From: Adineta vaga
Lineage: Eukaryota > Animalia > Rotifera
Length of the DNA: 64,000 nt
Direction of reading: 5' to 3'
Assembly (NCBI GenBank): GCA_021613535.1
Contig: CP075495.1
Span: 8,618,001-8,682,000, forward strand
Shown here: positions 41,101 to 54,200 of the stretch, one piece after another
Layout of the letters: each line of letters starts with the position of its first letter
Position numbering within the stretch: the stretch's first letter is position 1
Made by a program: the position numbers and the translations under genes
The notes under the pieces: generated by a model
What the model was told of the DNA's origin: nothing
The model's input: only the letters and a program-made list of their open reading frames with translations
Database searches by the model: none

Positions 41101-42978
41101 TATATATATATATATATATTTAACATATTTAGTTACAGCTAGTAGAAAACAACTAAACATACATATATACAAATATGAACAAAAATAAAACAAATGAATA
41201 TAGTATTGTTAGTTACTAGATATAGATGTATGCCATAATGGATGATGAGGATGAGTCTTTCGGCAATGATGTTTACTACAAGTACATAAGGTTGGTCTTA
41301 TAATTGTAATAGCAGTGTGCGTCGAGTCAGGACAAGTAAAATTTTCAGTTTCATAATCGACAACGATACATGAACTCGTTTGAGGTACAAATCGATTAAA
41401 TTTAAAATCCCATCGAGTATTACTTTCACAGTAGCCCACACAAACGGGTATTGTAAAAGTAGGATGAGTTTTACATATTCGAGCTGTAAATGTACGATTT
41501 TCGAGTCTGCAGAAACCATTCATATTTTTATTAACAAATGATAAATTCGCCATTTGAAATTGTAAAATAATAAAAATAACACAGATAATTTTATAAATGA
41601 TTGAAGCCATTTAGTATAACAGTTTAAAAGAGAAGAAGAGTTACTTAGTATGCGTTTTAGTTCACATATTTATAAACACTTATTTTCATGTATAGATAAT
41701 TAGAAGAGAAGAAAGAGAAAAGAAAGAGGAGAGAGACAGCGAAAGGAAAAGAAAGAGAAAAAGAGACATGGAGTCCATTATGTGAGTTAATTTTGACTCA
41801 TTGTGCTACATATTTATTTTTGTCCGTTTTTTTTTTCAAATAAAAAAATTGTTAGAATCGTTAATCAAAAGTTCTGCTATACCATATTTTAGAAACGTTC
41901 TAAGTATAATAAATTACACAAAGTTTTTCGGTCAAATATTTTAACAGTGACAAGAATAAGAAGTGAATATATTTGATATAATGAACTTTTCTTTTTCTTT
42001 CCATTATAGAAAAATAGAAAAGGCAAAATTATCGTTTTATACGATGAAGATGAACAAATTGCACCACGTGCTGCAACTATTATGACTGAACGAGGTTATA
42101 ACAACATCTTTCTACTTTCTGGTGGTATGTTTATCATGATTGTCTTTTTTTATGATCCAGTTTTGAAAGGGCCCAATTTTGACATATGCGGTTTAAGCTT
42201 TTGAATTATCACACTATAATCTTGACGTACATCGTCCTTCTTAAGATTAATAAAAAAAGCTTCAATCATTCATTAAGTGCAGTCCTGACTTCTAATTTTT
42301 AGTGGATTTTCACTTAATTTATTTTTATTTATTGCTTTATTTATATTTATGTATATATGTAGGAAGTCGAGGGATTAAAAAAAAAGAAACGGTATCCCGG
42401 AGCTGATAAAGGAGAGATTATTATATTGAAATGATATTTCTGTTTACTATGTGGTGAAAATATCATATATTTCTGATTTTCAATTGAAAAAAATTTTACA
42501 AATAAAAATGCCTCGACTTCTTACTCTAACCTTTAGCTAATATGAGAAGAAATATCCATATGAATTTCTTTTTTGTTTAGGTCTTAAGTATGCTGTTCGA
42601 AAATATCCATGTGGTCTTATAACTGGTACATGTCCACTATCATGGACATTGTCTGATACCCAACCTAGACAAACAAAAGTTCACAATTGTTTACATCCAT
42701 CAGAGATTTCTCATGATGAAATAGAAAGTCATCATACAGTTGTTCATTCAACAAGATCTTTACGAGATGCAAAGGTGACATTCGACACTCGAGAACAATT
42801 TACAAATCATGATATTGAAGAATTGAATGAACAATATGAAACGCATTTATTACCAAAAGATAGTGGTACACGATTATCACGAACACAAACGCGAGGATCA
42901 AAACAAAGTTCACGAATCTCTAACATATCTGACAGATCAAATATTAGTAGTGTTTCAGATAAACCATGGAAACCTTAA
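38132..42978 (+). CDS. CEP41: Centrosomal protein CEP41 (rhodanese domain), ~10 exons
   Basis: MSLIRINRPKPPIN, ILDKRIPQNPRYKNVQPTVDTG, ELFKRMKISTLVKL, PYLIVDLRD..EY...HIVSAHHYPAAMLSR, KIIVLYDEDEQIAPRAA..MTERGYNNIFLLSGGLK, KPWKP* C-terminus. Confidence 0.9.
41209..41610 (-). CDS. Secreted cystine-knot protein, glycoprotein-hormone beta (GPB5)-like, nested antisense in a CEP41 intron
   Basis: Signal-peptide-like N-terminus, 9 mature Cys including CVGYC (CxGxC) and CTC (CxC), N-glycosylation sequons NRT and NFT. Intronless. Confidence 0.72.
   Translation of the reverse strand: MASIIYKIICVIFIILQFQMANLSFVNKNMNGFCRLENRTFTARICKTHPTFTIPVCVGYCESNTRWDFKFNRFVPQTSSCIVVDYETENFTCPDSTHTAITIIRPTLCTCSKHHCRKTHPHHPLWHTSISSN
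41667..41674 (-). promoter_or_regulatory. Putative TATA box (TATAAATA) of the nested cystine-knot gene
   Basis: TATAAATA on the minus strand ~57 nt upstream of ATG 41610. AT-rich background lowers specificity. Confidence 0.4.
42359..42524. mobile_element. Small degenerate MITE-like inverted-repeat element in a CEP41 intron
   Basis: GTAGGAAGTCGAGGGATT (42359-42376) vs reverse complement of 42507-42524, GTAAGAAGTCGAGGCATT (16/18 match). No clear TSD. Confidence 0.4.
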
Positions 42979-44721
42979 TTGAAGTGTCATCTTTTATTTT
43001 TGTATTAATCTTTATCTCATTGACGTGTGCACGTAGTTACAAAAGTTATCTTAATGTGTGATCTGAACTAAATAACCTTTAATATTCACGGTGAATGTAT
43101 GAAAATAAAAATACTTTTAAATAATCATACAATCTTTTTTGCGATAGAAAGAAGAACAATGAAAAGTTAAATTGATCACTATAATAAATTGTAGTTATTC
43201 ATGATTTTAATAAAGAAAAACTACGAAATTGAAAAAGAATCTGGACATATGATACTCAATACCCATACATATATGTAAGTCATAACATAAAAGAAATTAT
43301 AAATATTTTATAAGATAAAAACAAAATATCATTACTTTTAATTTTCTTCGTTTACTCTGATGGTTTCAATGAATGCTTTTATAGAGAAGATATTTTGTCT
43401 CGAAATACAATGAAATCATATAAATAATTTAGAAAATTGGACTCGTATATACTTAGAAAATCTATCCGATATGTCTGTATATGTTTTTTTCTAGGTCGAG
43501 TGCAAACAGTTGGTCTATCTTTAGAGATATGTAAAGTTATGCTCTGGTAATGTTTAGACGATATTAATTAATGTCTCGTAGATATATTATTATATATAAC
43601 ATATTTGATTTGTTTTTCGCTAATTAATCTTCCTATTATAAAAAGTTGGAATGTTTTTTGCATGACCTGAACATTTTATTTATCTATTAAACATAAGTAA
43701 AAAGATTACAACACGCTATTAAATGTTTACAGATGGACTGTGTAACCTAGTCTTAAAAGAAAAATTTTGTAGATCATTTTTGACTTTGAGGAAGATTAGT
43801 TTTAAGAAAAAGCAAACTATGTCAGGAAAAACAATATATATCCATTTATTTTTCAAGAATTTAATTAAATATATCACATGACATTGTAAAGATCTACTTT
43901 TAAGTAGTAGGATCAATGAAAATAAGAATTTACCTAGATCATTTTCACAGGAAAATAATTATTCATCAAATGCTTGATAATGTATATGACACATGTTGAA
44001 ATCATGAGAAAAAAATCTAAAATTACAATTGAAATTTATGACATGAAGTATGTCAATTTCATGAAAATAAAAGATGTGTTTAGTATACTTTTGTTAGTTG
44101 AATAATTCAGACAAATAATACTGCTACTAAAATCTTTTTAAATACATATTGATTCATATTTCATGCAAAATTCAATTTCTCTCGCAGATGTTAATGTTTT
44201 TTGTTTGCTCTTATATTTCCTGCATGACTATTAAAATGGTCATATTTTGCTTTTGGGGAAAGTTCAAAAGCTTAATAAGTAATATAATCCTTTCAACGTT
44301 AGTTTATTCAGTGTATTTTGGTTTGATTATATCAATAAAATCATGGGTACTTGATAGACGTACTCGAGTTAGTTTATTGTTCTTCTAACAGGTTAAAAGT
44401 AGGATGTACATTTTAACGCAATGAAAAATTTCATAGAAGTATTTAAAATGAATGCATGATAAGAAATGTAGTTTTTAATTATATGTAATAAAATACACGA
44501 ATAATGTCTCATTCAGGTTTCTGAAAAACATTGATAGGTGAGCACGAGAAGATTTGTTGTTTTAAAATTACTTCGATCAAAGTAGAATTTTTCAATTTTT
44601 GTTATTGATCAAAAATCTATCTCTAAATTTTATTTCATATTACAGAGGAAAAGCGAAAAAATATCTACAAAATCACAGAATGAATTATCTATTGAAAAAC
44701 AAACATCCGATAGTATAAATT

Positions 44722-46698
44722 TCAATGAAGTTTAGCAAAAAAACTCTCATGATCTTTCAATCGAATTGCATATATTCCATCCTTGGATGCCAATAATATC
44801 TCATCATTTTCTTCTATATAACATAAACTATGAACTGTAATTGGATATGATTGTATATATTTGTCAATTGTTAATAGATGAATGATTTTAGCAGATACAT
44901 CATTTATAAAAAACATATTTTTTTGTAAATTTTTTATATATACCGAACAAATTATCAGCGGACTTTCTGCATATGATAAATGTATTAATCGTCGAGATGA
45001 CATGGTTAAATGATGATGATTCGAACAGAATATAACAGCATAATGACCACTATCTAATTCAACGAGAAAACCAACCGTTTCATGATTAACACAAATATGT
45101 ATGAAACGTTTCACATCCGAAAAAGCTTCTGTTAAATCATAATCAAATAAATTATTCATTGATTCAAGATCAAATATTGATAATAACCAATGGAATTTGT
45201 TATTGTAAGAAATATGATATATATAGCCATTAAATACAGTACCAATACTATGTTTGATATCATCATCTTGAAGACTATGTTCATTGGCATGTGTTAATGG
45301 ATATGAACCAACTGTTGAGAATGAATCTAAAGAATAGATAATGAAGTCATGTTCGGTAAAGATATAAAGATTATTTCGATCGATTGAGCCAACAGATGTG
45401 ATGGAAAGAACGTCCCAGTCAAGATCTTGTCCAATTTTATTATAACGTACAATAACATTTAGATACCATCGAATCAATCGATTTGATTGACTTTTAAACA
45501 GAACGATGTAATCTTTATTACAAGCCATCAATAGCGATGTATTTTGTTCATGTTGATAATGGGCAACTAAAATGAACAAAAAAAGATCTTTTTTTGCCTT
45601 CTACATGGTAACACAAGAATATATTTTATTTTGTGAAAATAATTACCAAGAACTGGTGTTAAAACTTCGGTTCGAGTAGTTCTTGGAGTGAATTTGAATT
45701 GTCGATCGAATGTTGATATTACATTGGGTGTAGATAGAACTGGTCGAACTAATGTACTATTCTGCATACTTTCACGAGGATTCACATAATTATTTTGTTC
45801 AGATGGTGGGGTGATTCTATCACTATCACTCAAAGACAAATTCTTATTACTAGGCGATGATGTTAATCGTGTACTAATACGTAATGATCGTGTTGAAACA
45901 GTATTTATTGGAGATTTGGCATCTTTGCCTCTGAAAAACGAAAGAAAGTTGTAATTTATTATTTGTTTACATTATTAATCATCTCGTACGTCGAATTATT
46001 ATTTGTTGGAACTTGTTGACTATCTGAACGTTTATGTCGAATATCTGAACATGCTCTAAAAAAGTAACTTTATTAATTAATGAATAAATCGTAAAATATT
46101 TTACCTATCACATTCTTGTTCATTAAAATACTCATTAGCTTGTTTCATACTTTTTAATTGCTCTTGTTTTATTTCTTGAACTGGTACTACCGGAATACTA
46201 ATTGGTTTATCAATAGAAAAATATCGATTTACATCAATATCATTCATGTATAATCTTGGTATAGTATGAATGAGAGTTACTCGTTGTTGAACATATTTTT
46301 CATAAATTTGCAGTTTTTGTTTTGCTAGAAATGGAAAATATCGGTAAGATGTTCTTTTCTTCAGAGAAATAAAACGATCTATGCAAACCTTCTTCATATT
46401 TTCCGGATAAAAACAATTGATTAATCGTTTCGGTTTCTTCATCAAATTGTTTTCTATTTTGTTTTGATATTTTAAGATTTTCTTCACGAACTCGATCAAG
46501 TTTTTGTTTCAATTCAGTCAATTTTTCTTGAAATTTGTCTTCAATTGTTCTAATGTATTTGATTGCTGTTTGATATGTAACATCAATATCTTTATTACAA
46601 AATTCTTCATCATCATAAAGTATTCGTTCGATATCTTCAATTCGATCACCAAGATTTTGTATTAATTCTTCCACATCATTTATCGGTTCAGTATTCAT
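44722..46698 (-). CDS. Uncharacterised protein: N-terminal coiled coil, S/T/P linker, C-terminal beta-rich (propeller-like) domain
   Basis: Five exons joined by GT-AG introns across the ORFs at 46300-46698, 46101-46499, 45567-45839 and 44722-45579. No recognised family. Confidence 0.6.
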
Positions 46699-49556
46699 TT
46701 TGTGAAAACATTCGGGTTTTTTTGGTATGTTCTTTTATATTTAATACGCCAATCATGAGCGAACTTTATTCACTAATAAAAATGATGAATGTGCCTCGAT
46801 AAAATCATATTATTTATTTTTAACATGTGAGAGAAGAGTAAGCATGCATAAGTTATCAAAGAAGAAACGTACAAGACGTGAGTAAGATAATAGAGGTCAT
46901 CAGTTGACGAAAAGTGTCTTGATTGAATGTTTCTATTCAATTAAGAAAAGGAGCGTTTTGAAACATTGTATAGATATCAGAGAAATATACTATTTTATTT
47001 AGTATTTCTAATATGTTTTTGTAGCGTTTGTGACATTGCAGCTCTATCTATCATTTCTTTTATGTCCAGTGTCCGTCTGAAATATGGTCAAATCATTACA
47101 GTATGTCATTAATGTTTCAGTAGTGTCAAACGTGAAAGTTGAATTCAAGAATGACTCTTCCCCACACTCTCAAGATTCAGTATACTTAATTTAATCTGTC
47201 CTTCTATATTTAGCTTGTGGGACTATATCGGAAATGGCAAGAGTGTCATGTTAATGTTTTTTCTTTGGTTGCTAGTACCAAAAAACAAAGACGGATTGAC
47301 AGATCAAGTTAATCGAACAATTCAAAAATGTTTCAACACTGTCGAACACGTAATTATCCATTGTGGTATATATTAATAGCTCATATGGCCAGTTACTTTT
47401 GTTCTTCTTTATATTCATGTTATTCCTGCGCTTGAATTATTTCTCTCGTTCTTCTAGTTATGCGTCCAGGGTATTTGCTATTAGATGTTCAATAAAAAGG
47501 AAAGGACAACAAAAATAAGATAGGAATGAATTTTTTAATATTTTCGAACTATCAAGAATATATTTTATCAAAGTACAGACTTCACAGAATCAGTCATTGA
47601 TGTTGAGATCGTATCGATAATTCTGATAAATATTTCATTTGTTTAGAATAAAAATGATTGTATTGAAGTTTTCTTATTAGTATAAAAACATCGAGCTAAC
47701 TCCTGATCGATATCATAAAAATCAGTAACATGTATAATTTGTTTCATGAATGATGATTCATGATCAAGCAATTTGATTTTATAAATTTCAGGTAAAATTT
47801 GTAAACATAATCAATGGAGTATCAATCATATCAAAATATACGACAGCAATTTGGCAATAGTCAAAGATTTTGTATAAATGGGATCATAAATAAGTTTATT
47901 TAGTCGTTAGTTGATACCTTGCAACAAATAAAATACATGAACACTATTCAGTTTTGAGAAAATAAACATAAGAATTTTATTAGATAAATCCTTCAATCGA
48001 ACGAATGAATATTCCATTTACTCAAAATGACAAAATTAATTTAAACAACTGATTTTCACGTTGAATATGATTTGACTTGAAATTGTGCAGAATACTCGCT
48101 CACTTAAATCTTTGGATAAAAGTCGTTTATGAGTAAATACTAACATAATGAGAAAAAATGTATATAGTCTCGGATGTTTTTCTTCCTAATGATAAACGAG
48201 ATTAAGAAAGAAAACTAAGCATAATTTATTGAAGAGGAAATATACAGAACGTGAGTAAAGATAATCGAGGTCATCAGGCGACGAAAAACATCTTGAGTGA
48301 ATGTTTTAATTCAATTGAAAATGTGCAAACGAAGATTTCGATTATATATATATTGATTTTTTATTAGTTTTATCTTATTTTTCATGTTTACAAAGGAAAA
48401 CAAATGATAAAATTGGTTTCTTAATAGTTCTAAAGAAACAATTAAAACTGTCCTGTTAGTATAGATATTTAATAGAATATATGCTTGGCTTATTTGATTA
48501 ATATTTGTGTTTTTTTCCTCTGTTACTAGGTTAACAGATTGTTATATTAGTTTTGATAAGAATTCTCTATTTTTCATATATTTCTCAAATACACTGAAAT
48601 ATTTTTACAACAATGAAGTCCACTCACCTCTCATTTATTCTTTCTAAGCATCACAAAGTACATACGTATATCTAGTCACTATGTAAAAAAATTTGAAACA
48701 CAGATGTCGTGTTGCTAAGCAATAGTTCTCTCACTCTTAACTAATATTCCCTTGTCATTGTCGTCGTCTATCTCTTCTTTCTATTTGCCGGGCATACACG
48801 TATATATATTTTTGACGACTAACTCTGCGAGAAAGACTCAATCCGTTTCTCTCACTTCTTTTCTTCTTCTCTTCTCAATTTCGTCTTTGTCTTTGTCTTC
48901 TTCTTCTTCTTCTTCTTTTTACAACACTATTACCATTATTCACTCTTTACTTCTTGATTCTACACCTTCTCTTTTTCTTTTTCATATATATATTTGTATA
49001 TATTTAACTTCACAAACATATAGCCAAACGGACAGTGCTGATCAGCAATAGCAATCAACGCATTCGTTGTAAACATGTAAGAATGAGTAATAAGAGTTGT
49101 GACGTAGTTTAACAATCTATAAACAAATTTTCTGCTCAAAGAAAAGAAAAGAATGACTTCAAGTTGAAAGAAAGGGAAAAAATACGAAAAAGAATGATGT
49201 CATCGAAAAAAGACTATTCTCATTCAGATTTCATTTGAAGTTCTTTAGGTTTCGTAAGTTAATGTCGTACTTCTTTTTTCTTTTCTTTTCTTTTCTTACT
49301 GTCTTGTATCCAAATATTAGAAATTCCAAGACAAGAACAAAAAAGTCCAGAGCACATGTCAGACGGAAGGAAATAACATATTGCGTATCTTATGCGTCAT
49401 TTATTACGAAAAAAACCTTTTCTCATAAGGGAATGATCGAAAAAAAACTAATTTCACCTTATTCTATCTGTCGATAACAAATACGATATCATTGTTGTTT
49501 CATTTTTTTTTGTTTTCTTCTATGTTTATATATTATTGAAAGATAATTTCAGACCA

Positions 49557-50486
49557 ATGTTAACACATCATCCAAATACTTTCAAACAACCATCACATAC
49601 TGATCATGATTTGACGGAATTATCATGGTTAACAAGATCAGATATATTCGCTCAATCATCATCATCATCAAAAATAACACGTCAAACACCCATATTAAGT
49701 CGGAGTTTACCAATCTATGGAGCAAATAGAAGTAATGAAACACTTCGTCATCATCATTCGTCATCAGCGAGTCTTATTGATTCATCTGATAGTGAACATG
49801 ATAATGATTCATCATCATTGAATTCTTCCAGTGAACGTGTAATAACATCTCTTCCTGATATTGTTTCACCACCACATTCTGCTCTATGTTTTTGGATATT
49901 ATTTGCCATTGAAGATTCGAAAGCACATTCATTAACTTTAAATGAAATATGTGATTGGATTGAACGATATATAGAACAACAATCATTAAATACTTCGATA
50001 TCTTCTGATGAGCAATTAATTCGTAGTACTCGCTTAAAAAGTAAAATACGCTATCATATGACAAAACAAATCTCATTCTTTGTGAAAATCATTAAAGATC
50101 CGGTGAATGGAATTAAATTACGATATCCATTATGGACGACAGATCGTTCGAAACGTTTATTATTACTTGATACATTATTAACCATGAATATTCAACAATT
50201 ATCATTGAGAACACAATATACTGTTGAAATATATGAACGTTTATGTTCAGAAAGACGGCAAAGTTTATTACGAAATACTAATGATGAAAATAGTTGTCCA
50301 CTTTTATTATTAAATCAAACAAAACGTGATAAAATAATCCATCGACTTGGTTCATGTGAAGAGTCAAATACAAATAATAAACGAAAAAAACAACGTTCGA
50401 AACATGATTCATCAACAAATCCAATTCCTAGTGTTGAAGTTGTTGATGCTGCGATGACATTATTACTTTTACGACAACCGAAATGA
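49557..50486 (+). CDS. Divergent forkhead protein, FoxN2/3-like
   Basis: DLTELSWL (cf. FoxN ELTNLNWL), PPHSALCFWILFAIEDS...LTLNEICDWI, FFVKI...LWTTD, C-terminal DAAMTLLLL. Intronless. Confidence 0.7.
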   Translation: MLTHHPNTFKQPSHTDHDLTELSWLTRSDIFAQSSSSSKITRQTPILSRSLPIYGANRSNETLRHHHSSSASLIDSSDSEHDNDSSSLNSSSERVITSLPDIVSPPHSALCFWILFAIEDSKAHSLTLNEICDWIERYIEQQSLNTSISSDEQLIRSTRLKSKIRYHMTKQISFFVKIIKDPVNGIKLRYPLWTTDRSKRLLLLDTLLTMNIQQLSLRTQYTVEIYERLCSERRQSLLRNTNDENSCPLLLLNQTKRDKIIHRLGSCEESNTNNKRKKQRSKHDSSTNPIPSVEVVDAAMTLLLLRQPK

Positions 50487-51229
50487 ATCGAATATGTATA
50501 CATCTAAGAGCAGAAAAAATATGTCTCGTTGTGTTTTTCTTTTCTTTGTTTGATGTTCTATTTGTTAAACAATACATCTAGATAAAGGATGAAAAATGAT
50601 GTTCTATTAGAAGACATTATTCATTCCGAATCAATTTTTTAACATGTATTCATTTTGTATAAACTTAAAAATCGATGTAGAACGGTTTTTTATTATTATT
50701 TTATGATCATGTTTTAAATGACTCATGAAAAGAGTATGACGCCTTTTTCGTTTCGATTGTTACAATTTAATAATTTCTTATTCGAAGAAAAATAGAAAAA
50801 AAATAATGAATACGATACATCTCTCCTATATAAAGTCTATATTTATGTTCGAATAGGAAAGAAAGACAAATAAAAAAACTTCTCGTGTTCTATATTTGAT
50901 TTACTACGTTGATGTTGATGAAATGCGTCATTTTGAAAGTCATAACATATCGTCGAATATGATTTATTACAAGAAACAAACAAAATAATAATAAATAAAT
51001 AAATAAATAACGATGATCAGTTAACTTTCGTGTCAAAATAGATGAGATCAAAACCACAAACAAAATAATGTAGAATAAATCATTAAAAGTAAAAACAAAA
51101 CCCAGCATGTTTTTTTTTGAAAGAAAATAAAAGACAACCACGTCAGATTTACAAGAAGGACGATTGTTTAAAAGAAAGAGATTCACTGCAAAACATGGAA
51201 TATAAGACTGTGAATGTGAAAGACATTAT

Positions 51230-54200
51230 CTAACGATTTACTGGATCGGGTGCATATAAACCAAGTTTATAACCATTAACCGCAACATTTTCATTGAATG
51301 ATCGAGAAGGAAATGGATTGAATGAAGAATATTTTGGGACTTGAACAGAATTTGATGTTAATAAACGATCGATTAGATTTTGTGAGTCCTTTTTTTCATT
51401 AGTTGTTACTTGATTTTTTTCTAAATCATAAAGTGTTCGAGCAACAGTTTCAAGTTGAACATTTTCTTCAATCGTTATTTGTTGTTCTTGTTCTTGCTCT
51501 TGTTCAATTAGTTCGATCGATAATGATGATGATGTTGTTGTTGTTGTTGCGATAGGTGTTGGTGGTTTTTCAAGATTCAGACTTGTTAGAAGTAGATCGA
51601 TTTCTTCTTGTAATTCAGCAGCTTGAGCTTCTTCTTCTTCTTTCGAACGTTGAGCTATTTTCTGTGGAATCGGTTCAGGAATAGTTGGTGTCATTACTTT
51701 TGATTGTCGATCATGCATTGGAACAGATGATAGTGTTGGAGCGGCTTTCAGTGAAACAGTTCTTTTAAATTGATTTCGTTTGATATCTGTTGGTTTAATT
51801 AATAAATGATTCATCTGAAAAATAGTGAGAACAATTAGAATTAAAAATTATATCAATCTCAAAGATTTCATTACTAATGGTTCACCAGCAATAGAACAAA
51901 CGGTTGCTGACATTTTTGCTGTAGAAGAATCAAATGAAGATACCGTTGTACGACGAAGACTTTCCGAATTATTTAATAACGACGCTGATGATGGATGAAT
52001 CGATGGTGCTCGTGTTCGTTGTTTTTGTTCATTTGAAGTCGCTAAATAAATAAAATATTTTGTTTTTATAGTTTAGAAAGTGAAATAAAAGAATAGATCG
52101 TCTACTTTGAATAATAACTTGTACTTGTTTATTACGTTCTTTCAGTTTTCTATATTGTAGTCGAAGTTGACTGATATCAAGTGATAAAGAATCTTCAATT
52201 GTCTTTGTTTTATGTGTAGTTGGTAGATTTGAGTAAGCTCCTGGTGTTAAACGTGAAAGTGCTGTTTGATTATTATTATTATGACTAACTGTTGAATCAT
52301 TTGGATGATATTCCACTAGAAAAAAGAACAATATACAACAAAAGTATATATGAGATTTCGATATTGAAAACTATATAAATCATACGTCGATTATTACGTG
52401 ATGGAGTAGATAGGACTGCAAAACAAGACATAAAATTCGCCATATCTTCGTCTGCTGCTGTATTTGTTTCATCATCTTGAATTGCATTGGTCTTTACTTT
52501 CGATCGTTTATTTTCCTATTATAAAATATAAATAATAATCTTTTTAATTTTACCATACAGTAAACTTTGAAGTCTTTCAAATGTCTATCTATGATAAATT
52601 AGAAAACTAGTAATTCAGAACCGGAAACAATACTTGAAAATGTTTCAACTGAATAACTTTCGATAGATATACAATTTAGGATAGAAGAGAACTTTTTCTA
52701 TTGAAATATCATTTCACTCTTCTGAGAAAAGTCTTGTTGCGAACAAGTACGAAAATGTCGAACAATAAATTTACTTTAGATTTTACTTCATCACTATTTG
52801 TACGTCCAATTGCTCGCTTCAATTTGCTTTTCTCCGTTGTATTTGTCGCTGCTACTGTTGATGAAGAGGATAATTGTTGAAATGGTGTGATATTAAAAGA
52901 AAATTTCTGGCGTAACTCAGCTAAAATAGGTGTTGGAAATGCACCGAAATTATAGATATCCTACAATAAAAAACAAATTCATACATTTCTCTATTTCTCA
53001 TAATCTTTGCTTCAAATAAAAAAATCTTACTTTTATTAAATTATCTGCATCAATAATCTTCTCGTCAAGAAATTGTACTGATAACTGTGCCATTACTGAA
53101 TAAAATTGATCAGCTGTTGATACTTTTAAAACCGAACTAGAAGAGATAGAATTTTCAGTATGGATTCAATTCTCTAAATTAAAGTTTTACACAGCTAATT
53201 TCGACCAAAGTACAAGTCCAGTTCGAAATAAAACTTCATTTCCTTCAATCATTAATGAATCCCAAACACGTAAAACAACTCGTGTTGGTAAACATGTGGC
53301 AAATAATGTTAAGAACCATTGAATTGTAAAAACATTCAGTAAAGGTGGTTCATAAATTACACCTGATACATCATGAGATGTTGATTGCAGATTTTGTAAA
53401 TGATTATGTAATTTAGCATTATAAATTTTCAACCATTCACGAAAAACTGCCATATCAATTGCTAATGCACGTAGATTATTCTCGAAAAAATTCGGTAAAA
53501 TACTATCAATTAAATAAATCAATATCATCAATGCATATTCTTCATTCATATGCACAACATCAAGTATAACAGCTGCTAAAATATTTAAACCTTGACAATA
53601 ACCAATTGTTTTATTATAACGTGCGAAAGCAAGTAAAACACGTTTTAATGTAGCACGATCGTGTTCATTTGATGACCAACTACAACCAGTTCGATGAAGA
53701 TCCTAAATAGTATCACTAGTTCTTTTGTGTTTTTCTTAAGTGAAAAGAAAATTTACTTTAACTATCTGAATTCCAAGTTGATCATCATCGGGATTTGAAT
53801 TATTATTAAACGCAAATCGACAGGTTTTATCCCAATCAAGATGAATTTCTTGTATATAATGTGTCGCTAATGATATCCAAAGCTAAGAAAATCGTAAAAA
53901 AAATGCATTTATTATTTTGAAAAAGAGGCTAAATCTATACTTTCTGACGAATTGATGCTGGTACACCACCTGGCATTCGAGTTGCTACTGATATTGCATC
54001 TTTCCATTGTTGAAAACCTTTTTCTCCTGAACATGGCGTCAGTGAAAATCGCATAGTTGTATCTTCACCTATATAAAAGAAAACAAAATAATATGATGAT
54101 TCAAATATTTTTCAACATGAATAATACTAAATACAATAATTAGACAAAATTTATCCGAATAACAACAACACTGAACATCGAGAGATTTATCTTACTGATT

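Noticed and set aside
47040-47500. Slightly GC-richer stretch resembling a decayed coding sequence
   Set aside because: Stops in all frames examined and no recognisable motif.
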